Virus record (IMG/VR): IMGVR_UViG_3300042731_007181 | Source of the DNA: an uncultured virus (IMG/VR IMGVR_UViG_3300042731_007181) | Lineage: Duplodnaviria > Heunggongvirae > Uroviricota > Caudoviricetes | Direction: 5' to 3' (one strand) | DNA length: 64,000 bases | Shown here: positions 37,767 through 48,500 of the stretch, one piece after another | How the letters are laid out: the number at the start of each line of letters is the position of its first letter | How positions within the stretch are numbered: position 1 is the first letter of the stretch | Notes under the pieces: model-generated | The model's database searches: none | The model's input: only the letters and a program-made list of their open reading frames with translations | What the model was told of the DNA's origin: nothing | Position numbers and translations under genes: made by a program

Positions 37767-40406
37767 TTAACCAACTAAACCACCCTTGAAGTAGATAGCC
37801 GTTGACGTGTTATCCAATCTAAATTCCTGACTTGGGTTAGTAGTGTAAATTCTGTAAGTACCGTTTAAGAACCCTGCAGGGTTAACGACTGTAAATCCTG
37901 TGTAAGAAACCTCCATAACTTTAGCACTTAAATTATTTGCCCCTTGACCGAAAGAAACTTCAATTTCAAGTTGTCTGTTACCACTTGATGTACCACCAAT
38001 TGAGTCATCAGGGATTAACCATGTGTACCATGCATTACCATTGACAGTACCTGAACGGATTTCAGTAGTCTCAAATTTGTAGATTTCAATCGCATTACCG
38101 AATGAGTCATTACCACCTGATGCTTGTGGGATGTTAGATGACTTAATAGCCGGTACATTACCTGTTCCCGCATTTAGGTTGAAGTAATCTACGTAATCCG
38201 CTAAGTCAGCATCACTTGTTGGGGTGCTTGAGTTACTAAATCCATACCACGACGCACCTTGGTTAAACATGTAAGTTCCTATGTTTGCCGCATCAGCATC
38301 CATCTCAATCAATAAGTAAGCTGGTGGTGTTGCCGCACTTGACGGAGTCACCGTCGGAGTTTTAGTTGGCGTTGGAGTAAATGACACTGATGGTGTCACT
38401 GAAGCAGTTACCGAAGGTGTCGGTGTGAATGACACTGATGGAGTTACTGACGGTGTTGGTGTATTAGTTGGTGTTGGAGTAGTTGTTGACGTGTTTGAAG
38501 GAGTAACCGTGTTAGTCGGTGTAGTTGTCGGTGTAGAAGCCGGTGTTCCTGTTGGTGTTGATGTATTAGTTGCTTGTGGAGTCGGTGTAGGACCAGGTGT
38601 TGAAGATACACTAACCGAAGGAGTGATTGACGGTGTAACCGTTGATGTTGGAGTAACGGTAGGTTGTGGTGTCGGAGTAACATCTGGCGTTGATGATGGA
38701 GTTACCGACGCCGTCACCGATGGTGTTGGTGTATTTGTTGACGTTACTGTAGGTGTAACACTTGCACTTACCGATTGAGTCGGTGTGTTTGTAGGTGTTA
38801 CTGAAGATGTCGGTGTGTTTGTTGGTGTTCTTGTCGGTGTGACCGTTGGGGTTACTGATGAAGTTACCGACGGTGTTGGAGTAAACGAAGCGGTAACTGT
38901 CGGTGTTACACTCGCTGTTGGAGTGTTCGTTGGTGTTGAACCAGGAGTTCCTGATGGAGTCACTGATGCCGTCACAGTAGCTGTTGGCGTATTTGTTGGT
39001 GTTACTGAAGAAGTTATAGAAGGAGTCACCGACGGTGTTACTGTATTTGTCGGCGTACTTGTAGGTGTTGAACCAGGAGTTCCTGATGGAGTCACTGATG
39101 CAGTAACGGACGGAGTAACCGTACTTGTTGGTGTTGTTGATGGAGTCGTAGTAACAGTAACCTGTGGCGTACTTGAAGGAGTAACTGTTGGAGTTACTGA
39201 AGAAGTCACCGATGGTGTTACTGATGCAGTTGGTGTATTTGTTGGTGTCACCGCTGGCGTAGAAGATACTGTTGGTGTAGGAGTTGCACTTGATTGAGGT
39301 GTTGAAGATACCGAAGCAGTTACTGTTTGTGTTGGCGTTGTCGTCGGAGTCGCTGTTGGTGTTGATGTTGACGTTACAGTTGGAGTTACTGTTGATTGAG
39401 GCGTCTGTGTTGGAGTCGCAGTATTTGAAGGGGTTACCGTAGCTGTATTTGTTGGAGTATTCGTAGGAGTCACAGTATTTGTTGCTGTTGGTGTTTGACT
39501 TACACCTGGTGTGTCTGATACCGAAACCGTAGGTGTATTTGTTGGTGTTATAGATGGAGTTACAGAAGCAGTTGGAGTAACTGTAGACTGTGGTGTAGAT
39601 GTTGGAGTAGAAGTAACTGTAGGTGTCGCCGTTTGACTTACACCTGGCGTATTTGAAACAGAAACTGATGGCGTCGGAGTTACCGTAACACCTGTAAATG
39701 TTGAAGATGGGGTTACTGATGGCGTAACCGTGGCAGTAACCGTTGGGGTAACACCCGTCAACGTTTGTGTTGGAGTTGGAGTTGCAGTCAACCCAATAGA
39801 TGGGGTTGGCGTCAAAGTTGCAGTTGGAGTTGGAGACGGAGTACCTGAGAATTGGTAATCTTCACTCACAGTAAATTTATCACCAGCAGGTACACCATTA
39901 AACGTAAATCCACTAAAGATAATATTACCTCTATCAATCAACTCATAGTTTTCAGATGTAGCAGACAACGCAGTACTCGCCGATAACGCACCAACAGGAA
40001 CATTAATAGTAGGTGTAAACGTAATGTAACCACCCGTAGTCTTACCAACTAAGTTAGTAAAGGCAACAGCCAAATTAGAAGTTTGTCTTACATTAGAAAC
40101 TACATTATATCTCGCAATAACAGAACCTGGCTCATACTCAGCGGAAATCTCAATAACCTCTGTTGTACCATATATGATAATCTGTTTAGTTACGGTTTGG
40201 TCACTACAACCTGGCTGATTGTTTTCAAATGTTAAAGTGTACTGTGTACCACCTGTCGTGGCAGGGAAATCATAGACAACACCCGCAACCAATTGGTCAC
40301 GAGTTTGGTTTGTCAAAATTGGTGTTCCTGTGGTGGAACCTGTATATATACTGAAGGGTCCAACTGCGTTGGTTCCCAATGTTAATCTTAAAACAACCTG
40401 AGCCAT
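37767..40406 (-). CDS. mucin-like protein (globular N- and C-domains flanking a ~500-aa T/P/S tract)
   Basis: TPT tract at ~38330-39845. Confidence 0.8.
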   Translation of the reverse strand: MAQVVLRLTLGTNAVGPFSIYTGSTTGTPILTNQTRDQLVAGVVYDFPATTGGTQYTLTFENNQPGCSDQTVTKQIIIYGTTEVIEISAEYEPGSVIARYNVVSNVRQTSNLAVAFTNLVGKTTGGYITFTPTINVPVGALSASTALSATSENYELIDRGNIIFSGFTFNGVPAGDKFTVSEDYQFSGTPSPTPTATLTPTPSIGLTATPTPTQTLTGVTPTVTATVTPSVTPSSTFTGVTVTPTPSVSVSNTPGVSQTATPTVTSTPTSTPQSTVTPTASVTPSITPTNTPTVSVSDTPGVSQTPTATNTVTPTNTPTNTATVTPSNTATPTQTPQSTVTPTVTSTSTPTATPTTTPTQTVTASVSSTPQSSATPTPTVSSTPAVTPTNTPTASVTPSVTSSVTPTVTPSSTPQVTVTTTPSTTPTSTVTPSVTASVTPSGTPGSTPTSTPTNTVTPSVTPSITSSVTPTNTPTATVTASVTPSGTPGSTPTNTPTASVTPTVTASFTPTPSVTSSVTPTVTPTRTPTNTPTSSVTPTNTPTQSVSASVTPTVTSTNTPTPSVTASVTPSSTPDVTPTPQPTVTPTSTVTPSITPSVSVSSTPGPTPTPQATNTSTPTGTPASTPTTTPTNTVTPSNTSTTTPTPTNTPTPSVTPSVSFTPTPSVTASVTPSVSFTPTPTKTPTVTPSSAATPPAYLLIEMDADAANIGTYMFNQGASWYGFSNSSTPTSDADLADYVDYFNLNAGTGNVPAIKSSNIPQASGGNDSFGNAIEIYKFETTEIRSGTVNGNAWYTWLIPDDSIGGTSSGNRQLEIEVSFGQGANNLSAKVMEVSYTGFTVVNPAGFLNGTYRIYTTNPSQEFRLDNTSTAIYFKGGLVG

Positions 40407-40421
40407 CTAATAGTTTTAATA

Positions 40422-40428
40422 ATAAATA
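40422..40428 (-). promoter_or_regulatory. putative late promoter TATTTAT
   Basis: 15 nt upstream of ATG 40406. Confidence 0.65.
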
Positions 40429-40490
40429 GTTTATATTCTATAAATTACACTTGTAATCCCTTTACTTTTTATATTCTTTTTTTTTCATCT

Positions 40491-40518
40491 AATAAAAAAC
40501 CCCTCCGTAGAGGGGTTT
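40491..40518 (-). terminator. intrinsic terminator with cUACGg tetraloop
   Basis: The minus strand reads AAACCCCTC-TACG-GAGGGGTTT-TTTATT after the stop at 40544. Confidence 0.85.
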
Positions 40519-40543
40519 GATAATCTATATAGTTTTAATCACA

Positions 40544-42457
40544 TTAAAGTGGGTTAGGTGTGAATGAATAGTTAATTGTAATATTACTACTTCCCAACGT
40601 AAACGTTTCAGAATCAGACGCAGTTCCATCACTAACACCTACTATACTCGGAACACTTTGTCCTGAAACTGAACCATTAGCTTGTACTGAACCATAAATT
40701 TGACATCCTGAACCTCCCACAAATAACGCTTCAATGTCATATGTAATGGAATCACCTGGAGACGCATAAATTGTATCAGTTGAATCATTACCATTACCCA
40801 ACGCACTATACGATGATTCAAGTACACCGTTCACATAAACATCTGCACCACCACGAGCACATGTATCACTGTTGTAATTAATAGTAATGGCTATCGTAGA
40901 TGGTGTCTGCGTTGGAGTTGGTGATGGAGGTATTGGTGATGACGTCGGTGTTGGCGTAACACAAGATGTCTCAGAAAGTAGTTGTGCAACTGCAGATGCA
41001 CTTGTAACACCAATAACTGTCGCTTTGTGACCAACATACCCAGAACCTGAGATATCATACGTTAAACCGACCACACCTGTACCTTCAGCCACGAAGTTAG
41101 CCGTTACACCATCACAGTCACTCATAATAAAGTTTTCCTCAGGTGCACATCCCGTTCCACATGCGTTTACTTGTGTAATACTTCCTTGAGTACCACTCGT
41201 AAGTTGAATCGAACCTTCTCTGAGACATACTGTTTGAGTAGAATCATTTGGTTGTACTGTGAAATTAGGAACAACTGTTCCATCACATTGAGTATATGTA
41301 TATGTCGCACCTCCGAGACCAACTTGACTTATTTCATACGTATAACAAGCCGGACAACTTGGTGTCGGTGTCACCGGTGGAGTATTAGAAGGCGTAACCG
41401 GTAGACTATTAGATGGTGTAATCGTTTGTGTCGGTGTTATATCAGGACTAACTGGTGGACTAACTGGTGGTGTATTCGAAGGAGTTGCTGTTTGTGTTGG
41501 TGTTGGTAGTGGGGACGAACAAGGGTGAGAACTCTGACACACATTACAGTCATCAGGTTCTGTATACCATTCTGTAATTGTGAATTCTGTTGGCTCTTCA
41601 GGACCTAATTGAGATATATTAGTAATTAAATGACATGCATCACCCTCACCTAAATTAATTACAATAACATCATTAGGTTGTAGGGTTCCTCCGATTGCAA
41701 CATTGAATTCACCAACAGGTTCAGTACTACAACAGTCATCTATATTGACTCTATATTTGTTAATAACCGTTGATGGTGTTACTGTTGGCGTTGGTGTTTG
41801 ACTCACACCTGGCGTATCTGATACCGAAACCGTAGGTGTTACTGTAGCAGTATTAGTTGGAGTATTAGTTGGAGTATTGGTTGGTGTTTCTGTTGGAGTG
41901 TTAGTCGGTGTCTCTGTTGGAGTATTAGTCGGTGTCTGTGTTGGAGTATTGGTCGGTGTCTCTGTTGGAGTATTAGTTGGTGAAACAGATACTGTTGGTG
42001 TTGGTGTTGAACTTACACCAGGAGTGTCAGATACAGAAACAGTAGGAGTAACCGTTGCGGTATTAGTCGGAGTGACTGTTGACTGTGGTGTCCCTGTTGG
42101 TGTAGACGTTGGGGTTGGGGTTGCCGTTCCACTTACACCAGGAGTACTCGAAACAGATACTGTCGGTGTTACGGTAGACTGAGGAGTACCTGTTGGAGTC
42201 GCAGTTACCGTAGCAGTTGGCGTTGGTGTTGCACCTGTAAAGTTGACAGTATCTTCCGAAGAACACGGAGAGTCACTAACAACAATATATACATTGTGAC
42301 TATCATCATCAACAAATGTATAACCTGAAAGTAATTCGTTACGAGTAACCCCAGAAGCGATTAGATTACCACCACTAACCGAAGTGTGATAAATACTTAA
42401 TACAGAGATGTTAGTACCTACGGTTGTCCCTGTTAATGTTACCTGTCTATTTGCCAT
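40544..42457 (-). CDS. mucin-like, Cys-rich modular virion protein
   Basis: TPT linkers between small Cys-containing domains; the N-terminal domain resembles that of 37767..40406. Confidence 0.78.
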   Translation of the reverse strand: MANRQVTLTGTTVGTNISVLSIYHTSVSGGNLIASGVTRNELLSGYTFVDDDSHNVYIVVSDSPCSSEDTVNFTGATPTPTATVTATPTGTPQSTVTPTVSVSSTPGVSGTATPTPTSTPTGTPQSTVTPTNTATVTPTVSVSDTPGVSSTPTPTVSVSPTNTPTETPTNTPTQTPTNTPTETPTNTPTETPTNTPTNTPTNTATVTPTVSVSDTPGVSQTPTPTVTPSTVINKYRVNIDDCCSTEPVGEFNVAIGGTLQPNDVIVINLGEGDACHLITNISQLGPEEPTEFTITEWYTEPDDCNVCQSSHPCSSPLPTPTQTATPSNTPPVSPPVSPDITPTQTITPSNSLPVTPSNTPPVTPTPSCPACYTYEISQVGLGGATYTYTQCDGTVVPNFTVQPNDSTQTVCLREGSIQLTSGTQGSITQVNACGTGCAPEENFIMSDCDGVTANFVAEGTGVVGLTYDISGSGYVGHKATVIGVTSASAVAQLLSETSCVTPTPTSSPIPPSPTPTQTPSTIAITINYNSDTCARGGADVYVNGVLESSYSALGNGNDSTDTIYASPGDSITYDIEALFVGGSGCQIYGSVQANGSVSGQSVPSIVGVSDGTASDSETFTLGSSNITINYSFTPNPL

Positions 42458-42475
42458 TTTTTTATTCTTATTAAT

Positions 42476-42482
42476 ATAAATA
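42476..42482 (-). promoter_or_regulatory. putative late promoter TATTTAT
   Basis: 18 nt upstream of ATG 42457. Confidence 0.65.
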
Positions 42483-42518
42483 TATGTTAATCAACTTTAA
42501 GTTGTATAGTAATTTCAA

Positions 42519-45500
42519 TTAAGGATTATACGGGGTTTGTAACTCTGCCAATGTTGTCGGAGGTGTTAAACCATTAGGTAACGATACCAGGTTTACACCA
42601 ATCGCACCACCAGCACCTGATTCGTTAATCCACAGTCTTGTGGTTTTACCTTTGTAAACATTTGAAGCCAACAATGGAGGTGAAGTCGGTCTACCAATAA
42701 TAAACTTCTCAGAGTCCGTATTTAACGCCGTTTGTACCATTTCATTAGGATGGTTCAATAAAGGTGTCACATCTGTTCCAAGTTTGTTATCTATAAACCC
42801 AGACGCGGTATTACCCCAACCAGTGTTGAAAGCAGTTATTCCATATAACCCACTACCAAATGGTTGACCAGTATTGTTAGGAGAATCAGTCACCACATTA
42901 CCATCCTGATTGTATATTACAAAAGTGGCATAAGGAATTAATGTTCCGCTATGTTGTTGGATATAGACATTTCTTTTTTCACCTTCAGGGATAGGGTAAT
43001 ATCGATAGTAATAAGTTCCTGCTGGTGCACTATAACCAGAAGATACGTCAATAACAATTGGTTGTACTATTTCCTCCGTATCATAATCTTCAACATAAAT
43101 AGAGAATTGTCCATTAGTTGCCGCCGCTTCTGAGAAAACAGGACTTGGGGTCGGTGTCTGTGTTAGAGTCGGTGTATTCGTAGGTGTTGGCGTAAATGTT
43201 GGGGTATATGTTGGTGTTATGGTTTGAGTGGGTGTATTAGCCGGCGTTGAAGTGAACGTTGGTGTATTAGTTGGTGTCTGTGTCACACTCACAGTATTTG
43301 TCATTGTGACAGTTGGGGTGTTTGTTGGTGTTACCGAAACCGTAGGTGTCGGAGTTGGTAACGATGGCCCAAATGAACCATCAACCACTAAGTCACAATC
43401 TAAAGTTGAGAACGAACCATCAACAACTAAGTCACAACCCAAAGATGTGAATGAACCCACGACCACCAAATCACAATCTAAAGATGAGAAAGAACCTACG
43501 ACTATCAAATCACAATCTAAACCTGATGAAGTTGGTGTATTAGTAGGCGTAGTGATGATTGGTGTGGCCGTGATATCAGGTGTCGGACCTGGTGTATCAG
43601 AAGGAGTAATCGTAATTGTAGGTGTTAATGTAGGTGTGACACTCGGAGTTGGTGTAGGGGTCACAGGTAATTCGGCACAATCAACATCAAAATCGAGATT
43701 CAAGTCAATACTAACAACTTCATCAGTACCCCCATCGGTTGTAATACTTATGAGGTTTTCCAACGGATTAACAGTCACATCAGTCACACCCACAAAATTA
43801 CTTACAACCTCCTCAATAATTGAAGCCCATAAAAAGTCTGAAGGTACATCAGTCATGGTGTTACCTGTGTAGAATGAACCAGAAGCATGTTGACCATTGT
43901 AACTAATATCATAATTGAACACAACTTCGTTCAATGTACATCCAGTACCACTAATATTTGCAACTAAAGTTAGATATCCACTATTAAGGATTTCTTCAAA
44001 TCCTTCTTTACCCATAGTAGTTATAAACGTATCACTACATACCTCAACTAAGTTGAAACCTTCAACAACACCTTTACTTTCTTCAACACCATATTCAGCA
44101 GTATCTTGACATCCATTACTATCAGTGACTCTAACAGAATAGTCACCAACAGTAGACGCAGTTACAGTTGAACCTGTAGAACCGTCATTCCATAAGTAAG
44201 TGAATGGTGCAACACCACTAAGAGTGGTTGCACTTAAAACTGCAGGTGTCTCATAAGTGGCTGGTGTTACAGTGATAACCACACTTACACCAGTAGAACC
44301 TGTAATATTAATTGTTTCAGTAACACTACATCCCGCACCATCTACAACCTGAACGGTATACCCACCTTCTGATACATTATAGAATGTATATGCAGTTAAC
44401 GGAGTGTCGATAATCGATTGACCATCCGAAAGGATGTAGTCTAATGGTAGTGTATAACCACTACTTGGCACGATACTAACAACACCACTACCACCATTAC
44501 AAGTATCACCCGTGGTTTCGATTGTGAGTCCAAACTTAGGTGTTGCACTTACAGTAAATTGACCTGTATAACAACATCCATTACTACCTTCAACAGTAAA
44601 GTCATAAACATCAGATACTAAATTAGTAAATTGTTGTTGAGTATTCCTTGTAGTTACTGACGATGTACCACCTGAAGTCTGACCTGTGTAACTGTAAGTA
44701 TATGGACCACCATCACCCACAACAGTAATGGTAACATTACCTAAAGTACCACAGTTCACGTAGTCCAATCTTGTAGTAACACTTGTAATACCACCCAAGT
44801 CGCCAATGTTTACATCGTCTGTGATTGTACATAAACCACTATCAGTAATTGTGAACTCGTAATTACCTGAAGCACACCCTGTAAATGTAAATGAAGTATC
44901 AGAAGTTACACCTGAAGAACCATTTTGACCTAAATAAGTATATGGTGCGGTCCCACCACTAATATAAACAGTCACCTGACCATCTTCACTCAAACAACTC
45001 GTTGGTGTTGTGGTGTGTGATAAAATTGCAAGGTTTTGGCTTGTTGTAATTGTAGCACTCTTAGTAAGTTCACAATTATTACTGTCAGTAACAGTCACTG
45101 AATATGTTCCACCACTTAAATTACTAATTGTATCACCTGTCGCCCCATTTGACCATAGGTAAGTATACGGTGAACTACCCGTCAATCCTGTAACCTGTAT
45201 ACTACCAACACTAACACCACAAGCGGATGTTCCTGTTACCGCTAATCCGAAGTCTAATGAACTTACACCCGATATTGTTACCGTCTGAGTCTGACCTGTC
45301 GCACCACCGAAGTCTTCAACATACGCATAGTATTCACCATTTGGTAAGTTTGTAAATATCGTTGGATTATTTGGACTACTAAGGTTACTATATACCAACC
45401 CATCTTTATATAAGTCAATTAAGTATGGTAGAGATGTTGAGTCTCCACTAACACTTATGTACCCAGTCTCAGCACCACAAGTAGTACCTGAGTAATCATC

Positions 45501-48500
45501 AATAGTAACATTCAAACATCCGTCAACATTTACATTGATGTATAGTTCATTGTTTGCATCACCCAAACTGTCATTCAATCGGAAAGTATAAGTTCCCGCA
45601 GAAAGACCTGTCCACGTGAAAGGCTCGTTTGACGTACCTCCAGCTAAAGTCCCTGGTAATATATTGTCAATTGTATATGGTGGCACACCCGCAAACGGAG
45701 CAATGGTAATAACACCACTATTTGCCCCATCACAAGTACCTGTTACTGAGAAGTTGTAATCCAAATCACCTTCATTACAATCTTGTGTGGCAGGTGTACC
45801 ATTTACACTAATACCAAGATATGATTGAGTAGTATCTAATGTGATTATTTCACCCACACTCTGACCTGAACGGTAGAAACCACAACAATCCGTGTAGTAA
45901 TATGTACCGTCAGTTACACCTTGAACACAATTTCCCTCACCACCACTCGTCGATGGTGTAATTGATGGTGTCACACTCGGTGTGTCACTGATAGTAGGTG
46001 TCGGTGTTGAACTATTTCCTGGTGTATCTGAAGGAGAAACCGTAACCGTGTAAGTAGGCGTGAATGTTGGTGTAATTGAAGGTGTTGGTGTTGGAGTATC
46101 ACTCGTACCTGGTGTATCAGAAGGTGATACCGTTACCGTATATGTCGGAGTTATTGTTGATGTATATGTTGGTGTATATGTTGGTGTATAAGTCGGAGTG
46201 ACTGTTGGTGTCGGTGTTGGTGATTCACAAATACATGGTGCAGTATCACATATATTTTCAGTAAGTGCACTAAAATCTACAGTGGCTACAGCGGTACCAG
46301 TAGTTTCTTGAGTAAATGTATAACAACTACCATTATAGGTGTATCCATAACCTTGTGATAGGTCAGTAGAAGTTAAGAAGGCATCTAATCTTTCAGCAAC
46401 AAATGTCTCAGTAAATCCTGTCACTGAAGGGTCAACAACCACCCCAAAATTTTTGAGACCAGGTCCGTTTTGGTAAGACGGTCTTAAATTACTATAAGCT
46501 GTAGTCGCAGTAAATGCACTGAACACATTTATAGACGTAAGACCACTTAAATTAAGAGACTCAGGACCAACATCATCAATCGGCTCTCCGTATTTATTTT
46601 GATATTCACTTGCACTAATAGTTTCACCCTCAACAATACCAACAGAATGTGGAACAAATCCTTTTCTTGCCACATTATCATCAACAACAGGATAAACTAA
46701 AGAATTTACTCGACCATTTTGTAGTTTGATATCCTCCCATACCTTCAAATATTGTTGATAGTCGTACTCCACCCTATCAGTTGTGAGGTTGGTTGGTGTT
46801 GATATAGTCCATCCATTACCTTCGAGGTTGAATGGGTGTGAAAGCAATGTTGCATTGTCAATGAAATCGCCATGATAAAAACCAACAAGACCATCAGATT
46901 CATCAATTACATTTATAACAATATAATTTGTATCACCCCCAGCAAAAGTACCAGGACCTGATTGGTCTGTCTCATTCAAATTACTATGGTCAAATGGTAC
47001 ACCCTGTGAACGGGTATCATTAAGTCCCGTTGCCAGGTTTTGACCTCTATTAATTCTTCTATATATTTCTGTAGTATCTATAAGACTATCTCTAAACTCA
47101 GTATGATTAGGTACACACTTACCACCGTCATTAGCCTTACACCATTTTGAATCATAGATAGAATGTTCAATACCACTATTCAAGGCTGAGTATTCACCAA
47201 CCAGTGTTGAGTCACTCAAAGTACCACCAGTTAAAGAACCCAAATATGGATATGACATCCACCATAACCAGTTTTCACCATTATGTTGGTTATCACCAAC
47301 AATACCTTCATATAAATTACCTAATTCAGAAGAATTTGTATCATACCAACTACGGATAGATTCAGAAGCACCAGAAGCACTTGAAGCATTTAATGAAGTA
47401 CCATCATAGAAAACATAAACGTTTGGTGGGCCAGGTACATTTACATCTAAAATAATAGTTTCAGAAGAGTCACAACAGTCCTCCAATAACCAAGTTTCAA
47501 CACTACCCGCAGGTGTTGTGGATGGTGTTATTGTCGGAGTCACACTCGGTGTAAATGTTGGAGTATATGATGGAGTAGGCGTCGGAGTATCACTAATTGT
47601 AGGAGTGACAGTCGGAGTTGGTGTTTGCGTTATAGGAACAACACTACAGCAATTACCGGTACTATATGAACTATTGATACGACTACTAACAATTGCATCC
47701 TCTTGTTTATAGTACAATAACGAATTAGGTATTGTTGATAGTAATGCACAAACATCATCATCATAATTACCTTCGGCAGTATAATGTTTTACCAACTGAC
47801 TGCCCCCACAACCAGTATAAACTAAAGTGACCCTTCCATTATCATCAGGATTACTGTTTCCTGAAGCAGCATCTAAATCAGTCTGAGAAATTTGTACAGA
47901 TATATACTTACAATCACATTCAGTAGGACATAATGGGTCACTACAACCACCCTCTAAAGTAATTGCGGTACCATTGAAACTATAAGGACCAACATGTGAT
48001 GTTTCCGCAATAAATGTATAACAACCATCAGGTATATTAGTATCACCTGATATGAATACAGTTCCAGTAGTCGAAGCCATCCATGAAGACCTTATAACTT
48101 GGTATACCGTACCACCGGTACAACCCGATAGATATAAAGGTAACGGACTCACAGTAGGTGTAGTAGTAAGTGATATAGTTGGAGTGACCGGTGGAGTATT
48201 AGGGGGTGTTGGTGTCGGTGTTTGTGAAGCAGGTACACCCGACGGTGTCGGACTTGGAGTTATAAATTCACTTGAACACACAATATCAATAGCATCGAGG
48301 AAGTTACCACCATTTTGACTCGAAGTAGCTGAAAATATTAAATTATATTCAGATTCTGAAGCAGTAAATCCGTAGGCATGTAAATTCCATTGAGTGGTCG
48401 AACCCGTATATTCAATAGGAAAAAAGTTAGTACCTGTTGAACCACTAAGACCAACTTGCATCGTATTTAAGAACCCATTTCTACCACGGTGGGCAAATTG

